From Cupriavidus necator (GTDB lineage: Bacteria > Pseudomonadota > Gammaproteobacteria > Burkholderiales > Burkholderiaceae): a DNA stretch of 32,000 nt. How positions within the stretch are numbered: the stretch's first letter is position 1; each line of letters begins with the position of its first letter. Below the pieces are notes generated by a model. That model saw nothing but the letters and a program-made list of their open reading frames with translations, was not told the DNA's origin and made no database searches. The DNA lies in NCBI RefSeq assembly GCF_016127575.1, contig NZ_CP066018.1, positions 1,680,001-1,712,000 of the forward strand. Direction: 5' to 3'. Positions 16,716-27,261 of the stretch are shown piece by piece. A program made the translations under genes and the position numbers.

Positions 16716-18038
16716 CTACACAATCAGGATGGCGCGGAAGTCATTCACATTGGTGCGGGTCGGGCCGGTGACGATCAGGTCGCCCACGCCGGCAAAGAAG
16801 CCGTAGCCGTCGTTGTTGTCCAGGTGCGCGCGCGCCGACAGACCGCGCGCGGCGGCGCGGGTCAGGGTGTCGGGCGAGAGCAGCGCGCCGGCGTTGTCCT
16901 CGGAGCCGTCGATGCCGTCGGTGTCGCCGGCAATTGCGTGCACGCCGGCCAGGCCGTCGAGCGCCACCGCCAGGGCCAGCAGGAACTCGGCATTGCGCCC
17001 GCCGCGGCCCTTGCCGCGCACGGTCACGGTGGTCTCGCCGCCGGACAGGATTACGCAGGGCTTGCTGAAGGGCTGGCCGCGCTGCGCCACCTGGCGCGCG
17101 ATGGCAGCGTGCACTTCGGCCACTTCGCGGGCTTCGCCTTCGATGCAGTCGGACAGGATGTGGGCCTCGTAGCCCAGTTCACGCGCGCGCGCGGCCGCGG
17201 CTTCCAGCGATTGCTGCGCGGTGGCCAGCGTCACGTTGCGGTGGCCTTCGAAGCGGGCATCGCCGGGCTTGGGCGTTTCGCCGGCGCCGCTCTCCAGGTG
17301 GGCGCGCACGTTGGCGGGGACTTCAATGCCGTACTTGGCGATGACGGCCAGCGCGTCGGCGCAGGTGGTCGCGTCGGGCAGCGTCGGGCCGCTTGCGATC
17401 AGGGTCGGGTCATCGCCGGGGATATCGGAAATCAGCAGGGTCTCGACGCGGGCCGGGGCGCAGTGCAGCGCCAGGCGTCCGCCCTTGAGCGCGGACAGGT
17501 GCTTGCGCACGCAGTTCATTTCGCCGATGCTCGCGCCACTCTTGAGCAGCGCCTTGTTCACGGCCTGCTTGTCGGCCAGCGTCAGGCCCGGCGCGGGCGC
17601 GGCCAGCAGCGCGGAGCCGCCGCCGGAAATCAGGCACAGCACCAGGTCGTCGGCGGTCAGGCCCTGCACCAGTTCCACCATGCGCTGCGCGGCGCGCTGG
17701 CCGGCTTCGTCGGGAACGGGATGCGCGGCTTCGACCACTTCAATGCGCTGGCAATCGGCGCCATGGCCGTAGCGCGTCACCACCAGGCCCGACAGCTCGC
17801 CTTGCCAGTGCGCCTCGACCGCCTGCGCCATCGCGGCAGCGGCCTTGCCGGCGCCGATCACCACCGTGCGGCCCTTGGGCGGCGTGGGCAGGTGCGGCGG
17901 CAGGCAATGGCTAGCGCTGACGGAAGCGACCGCGGTGTCGAACAGGTCGCGCAACAGCGCGCGCGCGTCGGACTGTGCGGGATGCGCTGCGGCGCGCTGG
18001 GGCGAGAGCAGGGCGGCTTGAGGTTCGGTGGCGAGCAT
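16716..18038 (-). CDS. ttuD: glycerate 2-kinase / 'hydroxypyruvate reductase' TtuD (DUF4147-MOFRL family)
   Basis: 440 aa with VIGAGKAAAAMA, LISGGGSALL, ILSGGETTV and IAGDTDGIDG motifs. Its position between glxR and pyk matches known gcl clusters. Confidence 0.85.
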   Translation of the reverse strand: MLATEPQAALLSPQRAAAHPAQSDARALLRDLFDTAVASVSASHCLPPHLPTPPKGRTVVIGAGKAAAAMAQAVEAHWQGELSGLVVTRYGHGADCQRIEVVEAAHPVPDEAGQRAAQRMVELVQGLTADDLVLCLISGGGSALLAAPAPGLTLADKQAVNKALLKSGASIGEMNCVRKHLSALKGGRLALHCAPARVETLLISDIPGDDPTLIASGPTLPDATTCADALAVIAKYGIEVPANVRAHLESGAGETPKPGDARFEGHRNVTLATAQQSLEAAAARARELGYEAHILSDCIEGEAREVAEVHAAIARQVAQRGQPFSKPCVILSGGETTVTVRGKGRGGRNAEFLLALAVALDGLAGVHAIAGDTDGIDGSEDNAGALLSPDTLTRAAARGLSARAHLDNNDGYGFFAGVGDLIVTGPTRTNVNDFRAILIV

Positions 18039-18068
18039 GAAAAGTCCTGGTGCTGACGGGGAAAGCTA

Positions 18069-18093
18069 GTCGTCCCCGCAGGGCGGGGACGAC
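18069..18093 (-). other. intercistronic perfect hairpin GTCGTCCCCGC-AGG-GCGGGGACGAC (glxR/ttuD spacer)
   Basis: 11-bp perfect arms within a 66-bp spacer. Confidence 0.6.
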
Positions 18094-18104
18094 GTGGTTG
18101 CTGC

Positions 18105-19019
18105 TTACTTGGCGATCTGGTGGTTAGACATGATCTCGATCGCGCGGCACAGGGCCGAATGGTCCTGCTTGCCCAGGCCGTTGGCGGCGCAGGTGTTGAA
18201 CAGCTCCTGCGCGGTGGCGGTGTTGGGCAGTGCCACGCCCAGTGCCTTGGCACCCTGCAGCGCCAGGTTCAGGTCTTTCTGGTGCAGTTCGATGCGGAAA
18301 CCCGGGTCGAAGGTGCGCTTGACCATGCGCTCGCCGTGCACTTCCAGGATGCGCGAAGCCGCAAAGCCGCCCATCAGCGCCTGGCGCACCTTGGCCGGAT
18401 CGGCGCCGGCCTTGGAGGCGAACAGCAGGGCTTCGGACACGGCCTGGATGTTCAGCGCGACGATGATCTGGTTGGCCACCTTGGTGGTCTGGCCGTCACC
18501 GTTGCCACCGACCAGCGTGACGTTCTTGCCCATCAGGTCGAACAGCGGCTTGACCTGGTCATAGGCTTCCTGCGGGCCGCCGACCATGATCGTCAGCGAA
18601 GCAGCCTTGGCGCCCACTTCACCGCCCGACACCGGAGCATCCAGGTACGAGGCGCCCAGCTTGTTGATGCGCGCGGCGAAGTCCTTGGTGGCGATCGGCG
18701 AGATCGAGCTCATGTCGACCACGATCTTGCTGTGGCTGGCTTCCTTGCCGGCAGCCTTGAACGCGGCGGCCACGCCCTTTTCGCTGAACAGAACGGCTTC
18801 CACGTGCGGGGTGTCCGGCACCATGATGACGATGATGTCGGCACGCTTGGCGACTTCCTCGGCGCTGGTGCAGACGGTCACGCCTGCATCGACCAGCGCT
18901 TGCGGGGCCGGGTTGACGTCATGCACGAACAGCGTGTGGCCGGCGGCGCGCAGGTGGCCCGCCATCGGTGCGCCCATGATGCCCAGGCCGATGAAGCCGA
19001 CGTTGCGTTGGTTTGCCAT
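18105..19019 (-). CDS. glxR: 2-hydroxy-3-oxopropionate (tartronate semialdehyde) reductase
   Basis: NAD-binding motif VGFIGLGIMGAPMAGHL, beta-hydroxyacid dehydrogenase family, operon context with gcl and hyi. Confidence 0.9.
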   Translation of the reverse strand: MANQRNVGFIGLGIMGAPMAGHLRAAGHTLFVHDVNPAPQALVDAGVTVCTSAEEVAKRADIIVIMVPDTPHVEAVLFSEKGVAAAFKAAGKEASHSKIVVDMSSISPIATKDFAARINKLGASYLDAPVSGGEVGAKAASLTIMVGGPQEAYDQVKPLFDLMGKNVTLVGGNGDGQTTKVANQIIVALNIQAVSEALLFASKAGADPAKVRQALMGGFAASRILEVHGERMVKRTFDPGFRIELHQKDLNLALQGAKALGVALPNTATAQELFNTCAANGLGKQDHSALCRAIEIMSNHQIAK

Positions 19020-19076
19020 GTTGATGTCTCCTTGAATGAGATTAAGTCTGTCTTGGTTGGCGTAGGTGGTAACCCG

Positions 19077-19859
19077 TTACTGCACGCCGTGCTCGGCGCG
19101 CCAGCCCAGGCCGGCTTCGGTGGTGGTCTTCGGCTTGTACTCGCAGCCGATCCAGCCGTTGTAGCCGATCTCGTCCAGGAACTTGAACAGGAAGCGGTAG
19201 TTCAGCTCGCCGGTCCCCGGTTCATTGCGGCCCGGGTTGTCGGCCAGCTGCACGTGCTTGATCTTCGGCAGGTTGGCCTTGATGGTGTTGGCGATCTCGC
19301 CTTCCATCCGCTGCATGTGGTAGATGTCGTACTGCACGTACAGGTTGGGCGCATTGACCTGGTTGATCAGGTCCACCGCCTGCTGCGTGCGCGACAGGAA
19401 GAAGCCGGGGATGTCGAAGGTGTTGATCGGCTCGACCAGCAGGTCGATATGCTCAGCAGCGAGCGCGCTGGCGGCGAAGCGCAGGTTTTCCACCAGCGTT
19501 TCCTGGGCCTGCTCGCGCTTGACGTTCTGCGGCTGGATGCCGACCAGGCAGTTCAGCTGGCGCACGCCCAGCACCTTGGCGTACTTGATGGCCTCGCCCA
19601 CGCCGTCCTGGAACTCGCCGACGCGGTCCGGGTGGCAGGCAATGCCGCGCTCGCCCGCTTCCCACTTGCCGGCGGGCAGGTTGTGCAGCACCAGGTCCAG
19701 CTGGAAGCGGTTCAGGCGGTCAGCGATCTGATCCGCATGGAAGGCATAGGGGAAGAGGAATTCCACGCCGCGGAAGCCCGCGCGCGCGGCGGCTTCGAAG
19801 CGGTCGAGAAAACCGACTTCATTGAACAGCATGGTGAGGTTGGCCGCAAGTTTAGTCAT
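19077..19859 (-). CDS. hyi: hydroxypyruvate isomerase
   Basis: MTKLAANLTMLFNEVGFLDRFEAAARAGFRGVEFLFPY... This is a TIM-barrel Hyi signature, 260 aa. Confidence 0.92.
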   Translation of the reverse strand: MTKLAANLTMLFNEVGFLDRFEAAARAGFRGVEFLFPYAFHADQIADRLNRFQLDLVLHNLPAGKWEAGERGIACHPDRVGEFQDGVGEAIKYAKVLGVRQLNCLVGIQPQNVKREQAQETLVENLRFAASALAAEHIDLLVEPINTFDIPGFFLSRTQQAVDLINQVNAPNLYVQYDIYHMQRMEGEIANTIKANLPKIKHVQLADNPGRNEPGTGELNYRFLFKFLDEIGYNGWIGCEYKPKTTTEAGLGWRAEHGVQ

Positions 19860-19928
19860 GAGTCTCTCCGGTTTAGTTGTGTTGTCGTTCTGCCGGTGCA
19901 GAACCGGTGATGCAGGGGCGCTGGATTT

Positions 19929-19948
19929 GCGCGGGCCGTGGCCCGCGC
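19929..19948 (-). other. intercistronic perfect palindrome GCGCGGGCC-GT-GGCCCGCGC (gcl/hyi spacer)
   Basis: 9-bp perfect arms within a 111-bp spacer. Confidence 0.6.
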
Positions 19949-19970
19949 TTCCATGTTGGAATGGTGCCGC

Positions 19971-21755
<1,785 letters not shown>

Positions 21756-21854
21756 GATCTTGTCTCCAGTGATGGTGTGAATTCCGTTGGAGTCGATCCT
21801 ATTCCCGCAGGCGGGGTGGGATAAACAGAAGGGAGATCAGTTGATTCGATACCT

Positions 21855-21920
21855 GGGGTACGCAATATCGCCTTGGAAGCCAGATCGGACGGTCGGCGGG
21901 GGTACGCCGGGGTACGCAAT
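21855..21920. promoter_or_regulatory. three direct copies of GGGGTACGC (two extended to GGGGTACGCAAT) in the gcl upstream region
   Basis: Copies at 21855-21866, 21899-21907 and 21909-21920. Starts are spaced 54 bp and 10 bp apart, which is helical phasing. They lie 100-165 bp upstream of the gcl ATG. Confidence 0.4.
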
Positions 21921-22038
21921 TGGATATGTGGTGTGACGGTGCGGGCACGCAGCGCAGCGGTGGGTACGGGGCCGCGCCGGCCGGCCGCCGCAGCGCAGTG
22001 CGGCAAAATGGCGGGATTCCTCGCCATCCGGGCCGACC

Positions 22039-22734
22039 ATGTATTCCAGGCTGCCGTCTACTTACGAACTGCTTGAGGCGCTTGTCGCCGTCCCGCCCGG
22101 GCCGGCCGCCTACCCTCCGGCGCCGGGCGGCCGCCTCGGGCGCGCGCTGTGGGCGGGCTTTATCGCGGCGCTGGTCGCGACCATCCTGAGTGGCGCGGCC
22201 CTGGCCGTCTGGCGGCTGTGGCTGAAGCACCCGGTGCCGCCGTGGTCGCTGCGGACCTTCGAGGCGCTGCTGGCCTTGTCGGCCGCCTGTTACGTCGGCG
22301 CCGGACTCACGCGCGCCGGCACCGTGCTGGCCAGGCTGCGCCATCCGCTGCGCTGGCAGGCCGCCGAGATGGACCGCCACAGCGTGGCCGAGGATGCGCT
22401 GCTGCGCCGGCTGGCGCGCATCCCGCCGCAGCAGCTGCAGGCGCGCCAGCGGCGTGTGGTGTTGCAACTGCGGTTGTGGGAAGGTGCTGCGCGCACCCTG
22501 GCAGGGCTGCTGGCACTGGCGCCGGCCGCGGCCGTGGTGGCGGCACTGCCGCGCCAGCAGGCCATGGCCGGGACGCTGCTGTGGCTCTACGGCGTGATGG
22601 TGGTGACCGGCGCGGCCTGCTACCTGTACCTGCACGTGCAATGCAGCCGGCCGCTGCGGCGGCTGGCCCATGTGCTGGGCGAAGCGGCCGAGATGAACGC
22701 GCAGGTCAGGGCGCGGGCGGCTCCGGCCGCCTGA
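22039..22734 (+). CDS. hypothetical integral membrane protein (about 4 TM), no family recognised
   Basis: 231-aa ORF with very high GC3 (coding-like). Hydrophobic segments are ALWAGFIAALVATILSGAALAVW, ALLALSAACYVGAGL, LAGLLALAPAAAVVAAL and LLWLYGVMVVTGAACYLYL. Confidence 0.55.
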   Translation: MYSRLPSTYELLEALVAVPPGPAAYPPAPGGRLGRALWAGFIAALVATILSGAALAVWRLWLKHPVPPWSLRTFEALLALSAACYVGAGLTRAGTVLARLRHPLRWQAAEMDRHSVAEDALLRRLARIPPQQLQARQRRVVLQLRLWEGAARTLAGLLALAPAAAVVAALPRQQAMAGTLLWLYGVMVVTGAACYLYLHVQCSRPLRRLAHVLGEAAEMNAQVRARAAPAA

Positions 22735-22882
22735 TTCCGCACCGGCTTGGGGTGACGCGGCATGCCCCTGGTAGCGGCCCTGACGCGGCCGTATGCGGAT
22801 GCCGCGATCCTGCCCATCAGCCGCGCAGGGATGCCACATCCCCGGGGATGCCGCACAATGGCGCCCGGGAGACGAATATCCG

Positions 22883-23803
22883 ATGGACAAACTCAAGCAA
22901 ATCGAAGCCTTTATCGCCGTGGTGGAGCACGGCAGCATGGCGGCCGCGGCGCTCACGCAGAACGTGACGCCGGTGATGATCGGCCGCCGCATCAACGCGC
23001 TGGAAGCCCGCATCGGCGTCAAGCTGCTGCACCGGTCCACGCGCCGCATCGCCGTGACCGAGCAGGGCGCGGTGTTCATGGAGCAGTGCAAGAAGGCGCT
23101 GGCCGACCTGGACCGCGCCGAGATGCTGATCGCCGAAGGCAAGCACAAGGCCACCGGCCACCTGATCGTTTCGGCACCGGCGGCGTTCGGGCGCAAGCAC
23201 GTGGCACCGCACGCGCCGGCGTTCCTCTCGGCCAACCCGGAAGTGCAGATCTCGTTCAACCTGACCGACCGCGTGGTCGACTTGGTGCGCGAAGGCTATG
23301 ACGTCGGCATCCGCATCGGCGGCGCCATCGACCCGAACTTTGTCGCGATCAAGCTGGCCTCGAACAAGCGCGTGGTGTGCGGCACGCCGGCGTACTTCGC
23401 CAGGTACGGCGTGCCGCAGACGCTGGACGACCTGGCCCAGCACAACTGCCTGGCGTTCAACCTGCAGGGCGGCCAGCAGCGCGGCTGGTACTTCAGCCAG
23501 AACGGCAAGACCGTGACCGTGCGCGTCAACGGCAACCTGGACTGCAACGACGGCGAGCTGCTGCACCGCTGGACCGGCGAGGGCCTGGGCCTGGGCTGGC
23601 GCTCGACCTGGGAGATCCTGCCGCAGCTGGAAAGCGGCGAACTGATCACGGTGCTGGACGAATACGCGCTGCCGGCCTACGACATCCTTGCCGTGTACCC
23701 GCAGCAGCGGCCGGTGCCGGCCAAGATCCGTTTCTTCATCGAGCACCTGAAGGCGCAGTTCGCGCGCCCGGGCTACTGGATGGACACGGCGGGCGGCAAC
23801 TGA
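22883..23803 (+). CDS. LysR-family transcriptional regulator
   Basis: MDKLKQIEAFIAVVEHGSMAAAALTQNVTPVMIGRRINALEARIGVKLLHRSTRRIAVTEQG is the HTH region. I prefer the start at M31 of ORF 22793..23803. Confidence 0.9.
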   Translation: MDKLKQIEAFIAVVEHGSMAAAALTQNVTPVMIGRRINALEARIGVKLLHRSTRRIAVTEQGAVFMEQCKKALADLDRAEMLIAEGKHKATGHLIVSAPAAFGRKHVAPHAPAFLSANPEVQISFNLTDRVVDLVREGYDVGIRIGGAIDPNFVAIKLASNKRVVCGTPAYFARYGVPQTLDDLAQHNCLAFNLQGGQQRGWYFSQNGKTVTVRVNGNLDCNDGELLHRWTGEGLGLGWRSTWEILPQLESGELITVLDEYALPAYDILAVYPQQRPVPAKIRFFIEHLKAQFARPGYWMDTAGGN

Positions 23804-23820
23804 GGCCGCCGCCGAGCGCG

Positions 23821-24201
23821 ATGCCGATCACAGCCTGGCTGGCCGACCTGGTGGTCATCGTGCACGGGCTGTTTATCCTGTTCGTGGTGGCGGGCGGCCT
23901 GCTGGTGTTGCGCTGGCCGCGTGTCGCATGGCTGCACCTGCCGGCGGCGGTGTGGGGCGTGCTGATCGAATGGTCCGGCTGGATCTGCCCGCTGACGCCG
24001 CTGGAAAACATGCTGCGCCGGGCCGCGGGACAGGCGGGCTACAGCGGCGGTTTTGTCGAGCGCTACCTGTTGCCGCTGATCTATCCGGCCGGGCTCACGC
24101 CCGCGGTGCAGCTGTGGCTCGGCGCGGTGGTGCTGGTGGTCAACGTGGTGGTCTATGCGTTGTGGTGGCGCCGCCGGCGAGCCGCGCGGCACCACCACTG
24201 A
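23821..24201 (+). CDS. DUF2784-family membrane protein
   Basis: The ATG at 23821 lies within ORF 23377..24201. MPITAWLADLVVIVHGLFILFVV...WSGWICPLTPLENMLRR motif, three or four TM segments. Confidence 0.75.
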   Translation: MPITAWLADLVVIVHGLFILFVVAGGLLVLRWPRVAWLHLPAAVWGVLIEWSGWICPLTPLENMLRRAAGQAGYSGGFVERYLLPLIYPAGLTPAVQLWLGAVVLVVNVVVYALWWRRRRAARHHH

Positions 24202-24211
24202 GCGGCTTGCT

Positions 24212-25048
24212 TCAGCCCGCCGGCTCGAAGCGCGGCGCGCGCTTCTGCATATTGGCCAGCACTGCCTCGCGCTGGTTGGGTGAGCCGACCAGCCGGTCCT
24301 GCTCGTCGGACTCGGCCTGCAGGATGGCGGCATTGTCGCCGCGCTCCACCACCGCCATCAGGCGCTTGGCCGCGCGGATCGCATCCGGGTTCTTCTGTGC
24401 CACCTGGCGCGCGGCTTCCAGCGCCGCGGCGCGCGGGTCGTCGGCGAGGTAGGTGCCCAGGCCCAGTTCGCAGGCTTCGGTGCCGCTCAGCACGCGCGCG
24501 CTGTAGATCAGCTCGCGCAGCACGTCGGGGCGCACCAGGCCGCGCGTGAGCACCATGCCGGCCATGTCGGGCACCAGCCCCCACTTCATTTCCATGACCG
24601 ACAGCCTGGTATCGGGCGCGACGTAGCGTACGTCAGCGCCCAGCGCCACCTGCAGCCCGCCGCCGAAAGCCACGCCGTGGACCGCGGCGAAAACCGGCAC
24701 CGGCAGTTCGCGCCAGACCATGCACGCGTACTGCGGGCGATTGGACATGCCGTTGGTACGCTTGCCGAGGCGGCCCGCGCCGATGCTGTCGTTGCGGGAT
24801 TCGCCGCCACCGCCCGACAACATGCCCGCCATGCGGCCCATGTCCAGCCCCGCGCAGAAGGCGCGGCCCTCGCCTGACAGGACCACGGCGCGCAGGTCGG
24901 GCATGCGCGCCAGTTGCTCGCCGGTCTCGATCAGCGCGTCGAACATGGCCTGGTCGAGCGCGTTCATCTTGTCGGGGCGGTTCAGGCGGACGTCGGCGAC
25001 GCCGTCTTCGATGGTGACGAGGATACGTTCGTTGCTGCTGGCGCTCAT
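24212..25048 (-). CDS. enoyl-CoA hydratase/isomerase (crotonase) family protein
   Basis: VRLNRPDKMNALD...VVLSGEGRAFCAGLD...AAVHGVAFGGGLQVALGAD. I prefer the start at M11 (25048), which has AGGAG 6 nt upstream and avoids overlap with the upstream gene. Confidence 0.85.
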   Translation of the reverse strand: MSASSNERILVTIEDGVADVRLNRPDKMNALDQAMFDALIETGEQLARMPDLRAVVLSGEGRAFCAGLDMGRMAGMLSGGGGESRNDSIGAGRLGKRTNGMSNRPQYACMVWRELPVPVFAAVHGVAFGGGLQVALGADVRYVAPDTRLSVMEMKWGLVPDMAGMVLTRGLVRPDVLRELIYSARVLSGTEACELGLGTYLADDPRAAALEAARQVAQKNPDAIRAAKRLMAVVERGDNAAILQAESDEQDRLVGSPNQREAVLANMQKRAPRFEPAG

Positions 25049-25074
25049 GCGCTGGCTCCTTGTGATGCGGGTTC

Positions 25075-25854
25075 TCAACGGCCCTTGAACTGGGGCTTGC
25101 GCTTCTCCATGAAGGCGGCTACGCCTTCCTTGCAGTCATCGCTGCGGCTGGCGCGCGACTGCAGCGTGGCCTCCACTTCGAGCTGCGCGGCCAGGTCGTT
25201 GTCGAAGCTCTGGTTGAGGGCTTCCTTGATCATGCCGTAGGCCATGGTCGGCATGGTGGCCAGGTGGCGGGCCAGCTTGCCGGCCTCGTCCTGCAGCGCG
25301 TCGTCGGCGTGGACCTTCCACACCAGGCCGATGCGCTGGGCCTCCTCGGCATCGATCTTCTCGGCCAGGATGGCCAGCGCGCGGGCGCGCATCTCGCCGG
25401 CATAGCGCGGCACGAAGTAGGTGCTGCCGGCGTCCGGGACCAGGCCGATCTTGGAGAAGGCCTGCAGGAAGCTGGCCGAGCGGGCCGCCAGCACCACGTC
25501 GCCCGCCAGCGCCAGGCTCATGCCGGCACCGGCGGCCACGCCGTTGACCGCGGTGACGACCGGCTTGGGCATCTGGCGCAGCGCCATGATGATCGGGTGG
25601 TAGCGCTCGCGCAGCAGCGTGCCGGAATCGGAGATGCCATCCTTGCCGCGCGCGGCAAGGTCGGCGCCAGCGCAGAAGCCGCGGCCCGCGCCGGTGATCA
25701 GCACGGCGCGCACGCCGGCATCGCCGGCGGCGCGCTCAACGCCCTCGCGCAGCTCGCGCATCAGGTCGCCGTTCATCGCGTTGAGCACGTCCGGGCGGTT
25801 CAGGGTCAGCGTGGCCACGCCTTCGCTGGCTTGATAGAGGACGGATGCCGTCAT
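25075..25854 (-). CDS. enoyl-CoA hydratase/isomerase (crotonase) family protein
   Basis: LTLNRPDVLNAMN...LITGAGRGFCAGADL...TAVNGVAAGAGMSLALAGD. 259 aa. Confidence 0.9.
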   Translation of the reverse strand: MTASVLYQASEGVATLTLNRPDVLNAMNGDLMRELREGVERAAGDAGVRAVLITGAGRGFCAGADLAARGKDGISDSGTLLRERYHPIIMALRQMPKPVVTAVNGVAAGAGMSLALAGDVVLAARSASFLQAFSKIGLVPDAGSTYFVPRYAGEMRARALAILAEKIDAEEAQRIGLVWKVHADDALQDEAGKLARHLATMPTMAYGMIKEALNQSFDNDLAAQLEVEATLQSRASRSDDCKEGVAAFMEKRKPQFKGR

Positions 25855-25903
25855 GGGTGGTTCTCCTTGTTGCTTGGTCGTGGTTCGGTGCGGGTGCGGA
25901 AAC

Positions 25904-26707
25904 TTACTGCGGCTTCTTCAGCGCGTCGGCGGAGGCGTCGCCCAGCTTGCTGCCGCCGTCGCAGTCGAGGATGGTGCCGGTGACGTAGTGCGCGTTGTCG
26001 CTGCTCAGGTACATCGCGGCATCGGCGATATCGTCCTTGGTGCCGTAGTCGCGCAGCGCCAGGCGGGCCTTGTAGCGCGCCTCCATCTCGGCCGTGGGCG
26101 CCAGCCGCGCCATGCCTTCGGTGTCGGCGATCGGGCCGGGCGAGATGCCGTTCACGCGCACGCCGGCCGGGCCCCATTCCATCGCCAGGCACTTGATCAG
26201 CATGTTGATGCCGGCCTTGGCGGCGCAGGCATGGGCCTGGAACATCATGGCGTTGACCGCCTGCGGCGCGGTGATCGCGATCAGCGACGCACCCGGCTTG
26301 GCCAGGTGGTCGAAGCTGGCGCGGAACACGTTGAAGGTGCCGAGCAGGTCGATATCGACCACCGTCTTGAAGGCATTGGCCGACATGCCGACCACGGGCG
26401 CGAGGAAGTTGCCCGCGGCGCCGGAGATCACCACGTCGATCGGTCCCAGTTTGTCCTGGGCGCGTGCGAAGGCCGCTTCCACTGAGGCATAGTCGCGCAC
26501 GTCGGCGGCCATGCCGATGGCGGTGCCGCCGGCCGCGGTGATGGTGTCGGCGGCGGCCTGGATGCGCTCGTCGGTGCGGCTGATCAGCGCCAGCTTCGCC
26601 CCGGCGCGCGCGAAGCCGTGCGCGATGCCGAGGTTGATGCCGGAGGAGGCGCCGGCGACGAATATGGTCTTGCCGGCAAAGGCGTCGGGGCGGAAGGCAC
26701 TGGGCAT
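25904..26707 (-). CDS. SDR-family oxidoreductase, 2,4-dienoyl-CoA-reductase-like
   Basis: Rossmann motif VAGASSGINLGIA and the overall pattern of the DECR-type SDR subfamily. GAGAGGA RBS. It is the first gene of an SDR-crotonase-crotonase unit. Confidence 0.85.
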   Translation of the reverse strand: MPSAFRPDAFAGKTIFVAGASSGINLGIAHGFARAGAKLALISRTDERIQAAADTITAAGGTAIGMAADVRDYASVEAAFARAQDKLGPIDVVISGAAGNFLAPVVGMSANAFKTVVDIDLLGTFNVFRASFDHLAKPGASLIAITAPQAVNAMMFQAHACAAKAGINMLIKCLAMEWGPAGVRVNGISPGPIADTEGMARLAPTAEMEARYKARLALRDYGTKDDIADAAMYLSSDNAHYVTGTILDCDGGSKLGDASADALKKPQ

Positions 26708-27122
26708 GGGAAGTCCTCTCGATCGATGGTCATGCGATGCGGGCCGCGATCCGGCGTCAGGCAGGACCGTGGCGTTGCGAAATGCAGGGGAGAGCTAGCG
26801 CCGGCGGCGTGGCTGCAGCGCAGGTATCGCGCGATGGCGCATGACGGTCTCCATGTTTCTGTTCTGGTGTGCGTCCGCCCCGGATCCTGCGGGGGGCGGC
26901 GCCGGCCTCTGGCTCGGGCCTCCGGCATCCTAACCCGAAGCCGGGATTCGATCTCGCGTATTGCCGGCAATGCCGGCCACCGCGGACGCAACAATGGCGG
27001 CGCCGGGAATGCCTTCCGGGCGCTGCAACTAGCTGGCGGGAAAGGAAAAAACGGGTGCGGGACTGCGTCGCGGCCAGGCGGCGGGACAGGGCGCCATTCC
27101 GCAGCGCAAAACCCAGTCCTCA

Positions 27123-27160
27123 GAAAAAAGAAAGCCCGCACACCGTTGCAGCGTGCGGGC
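27123..27160 (-). terminator. rho-independent terminator (minus strand) downstream of gntR
   Basis: The minus strand reads GCCCGCAC-(11-nt loop)-GTGCGGGC followed by TTTCTTTTTTCT. Confidence 0.8.
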
Positions 27161-27261
27161 GGCCTTCCGACGATGAGGTGCCGGAAGGCAGAGTGCTCAT
27201 GAAGTGCGCCCCCGCGTCTTCATGGCGGGGTCAAGTGTGCGCGCGGGCGGCAGTGGCCGCT

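Noticed and set aside
26941-26960. T-loop-like GGGATTCGATCTC, suggesting a tRNA fragment or att remnant
   Set aside because: The flanks do not form a T-stem, acceptor stem or 7-nt anticodon loop on either strand. There is no similarity to the 3' end of the tRNA-Arg in this window.
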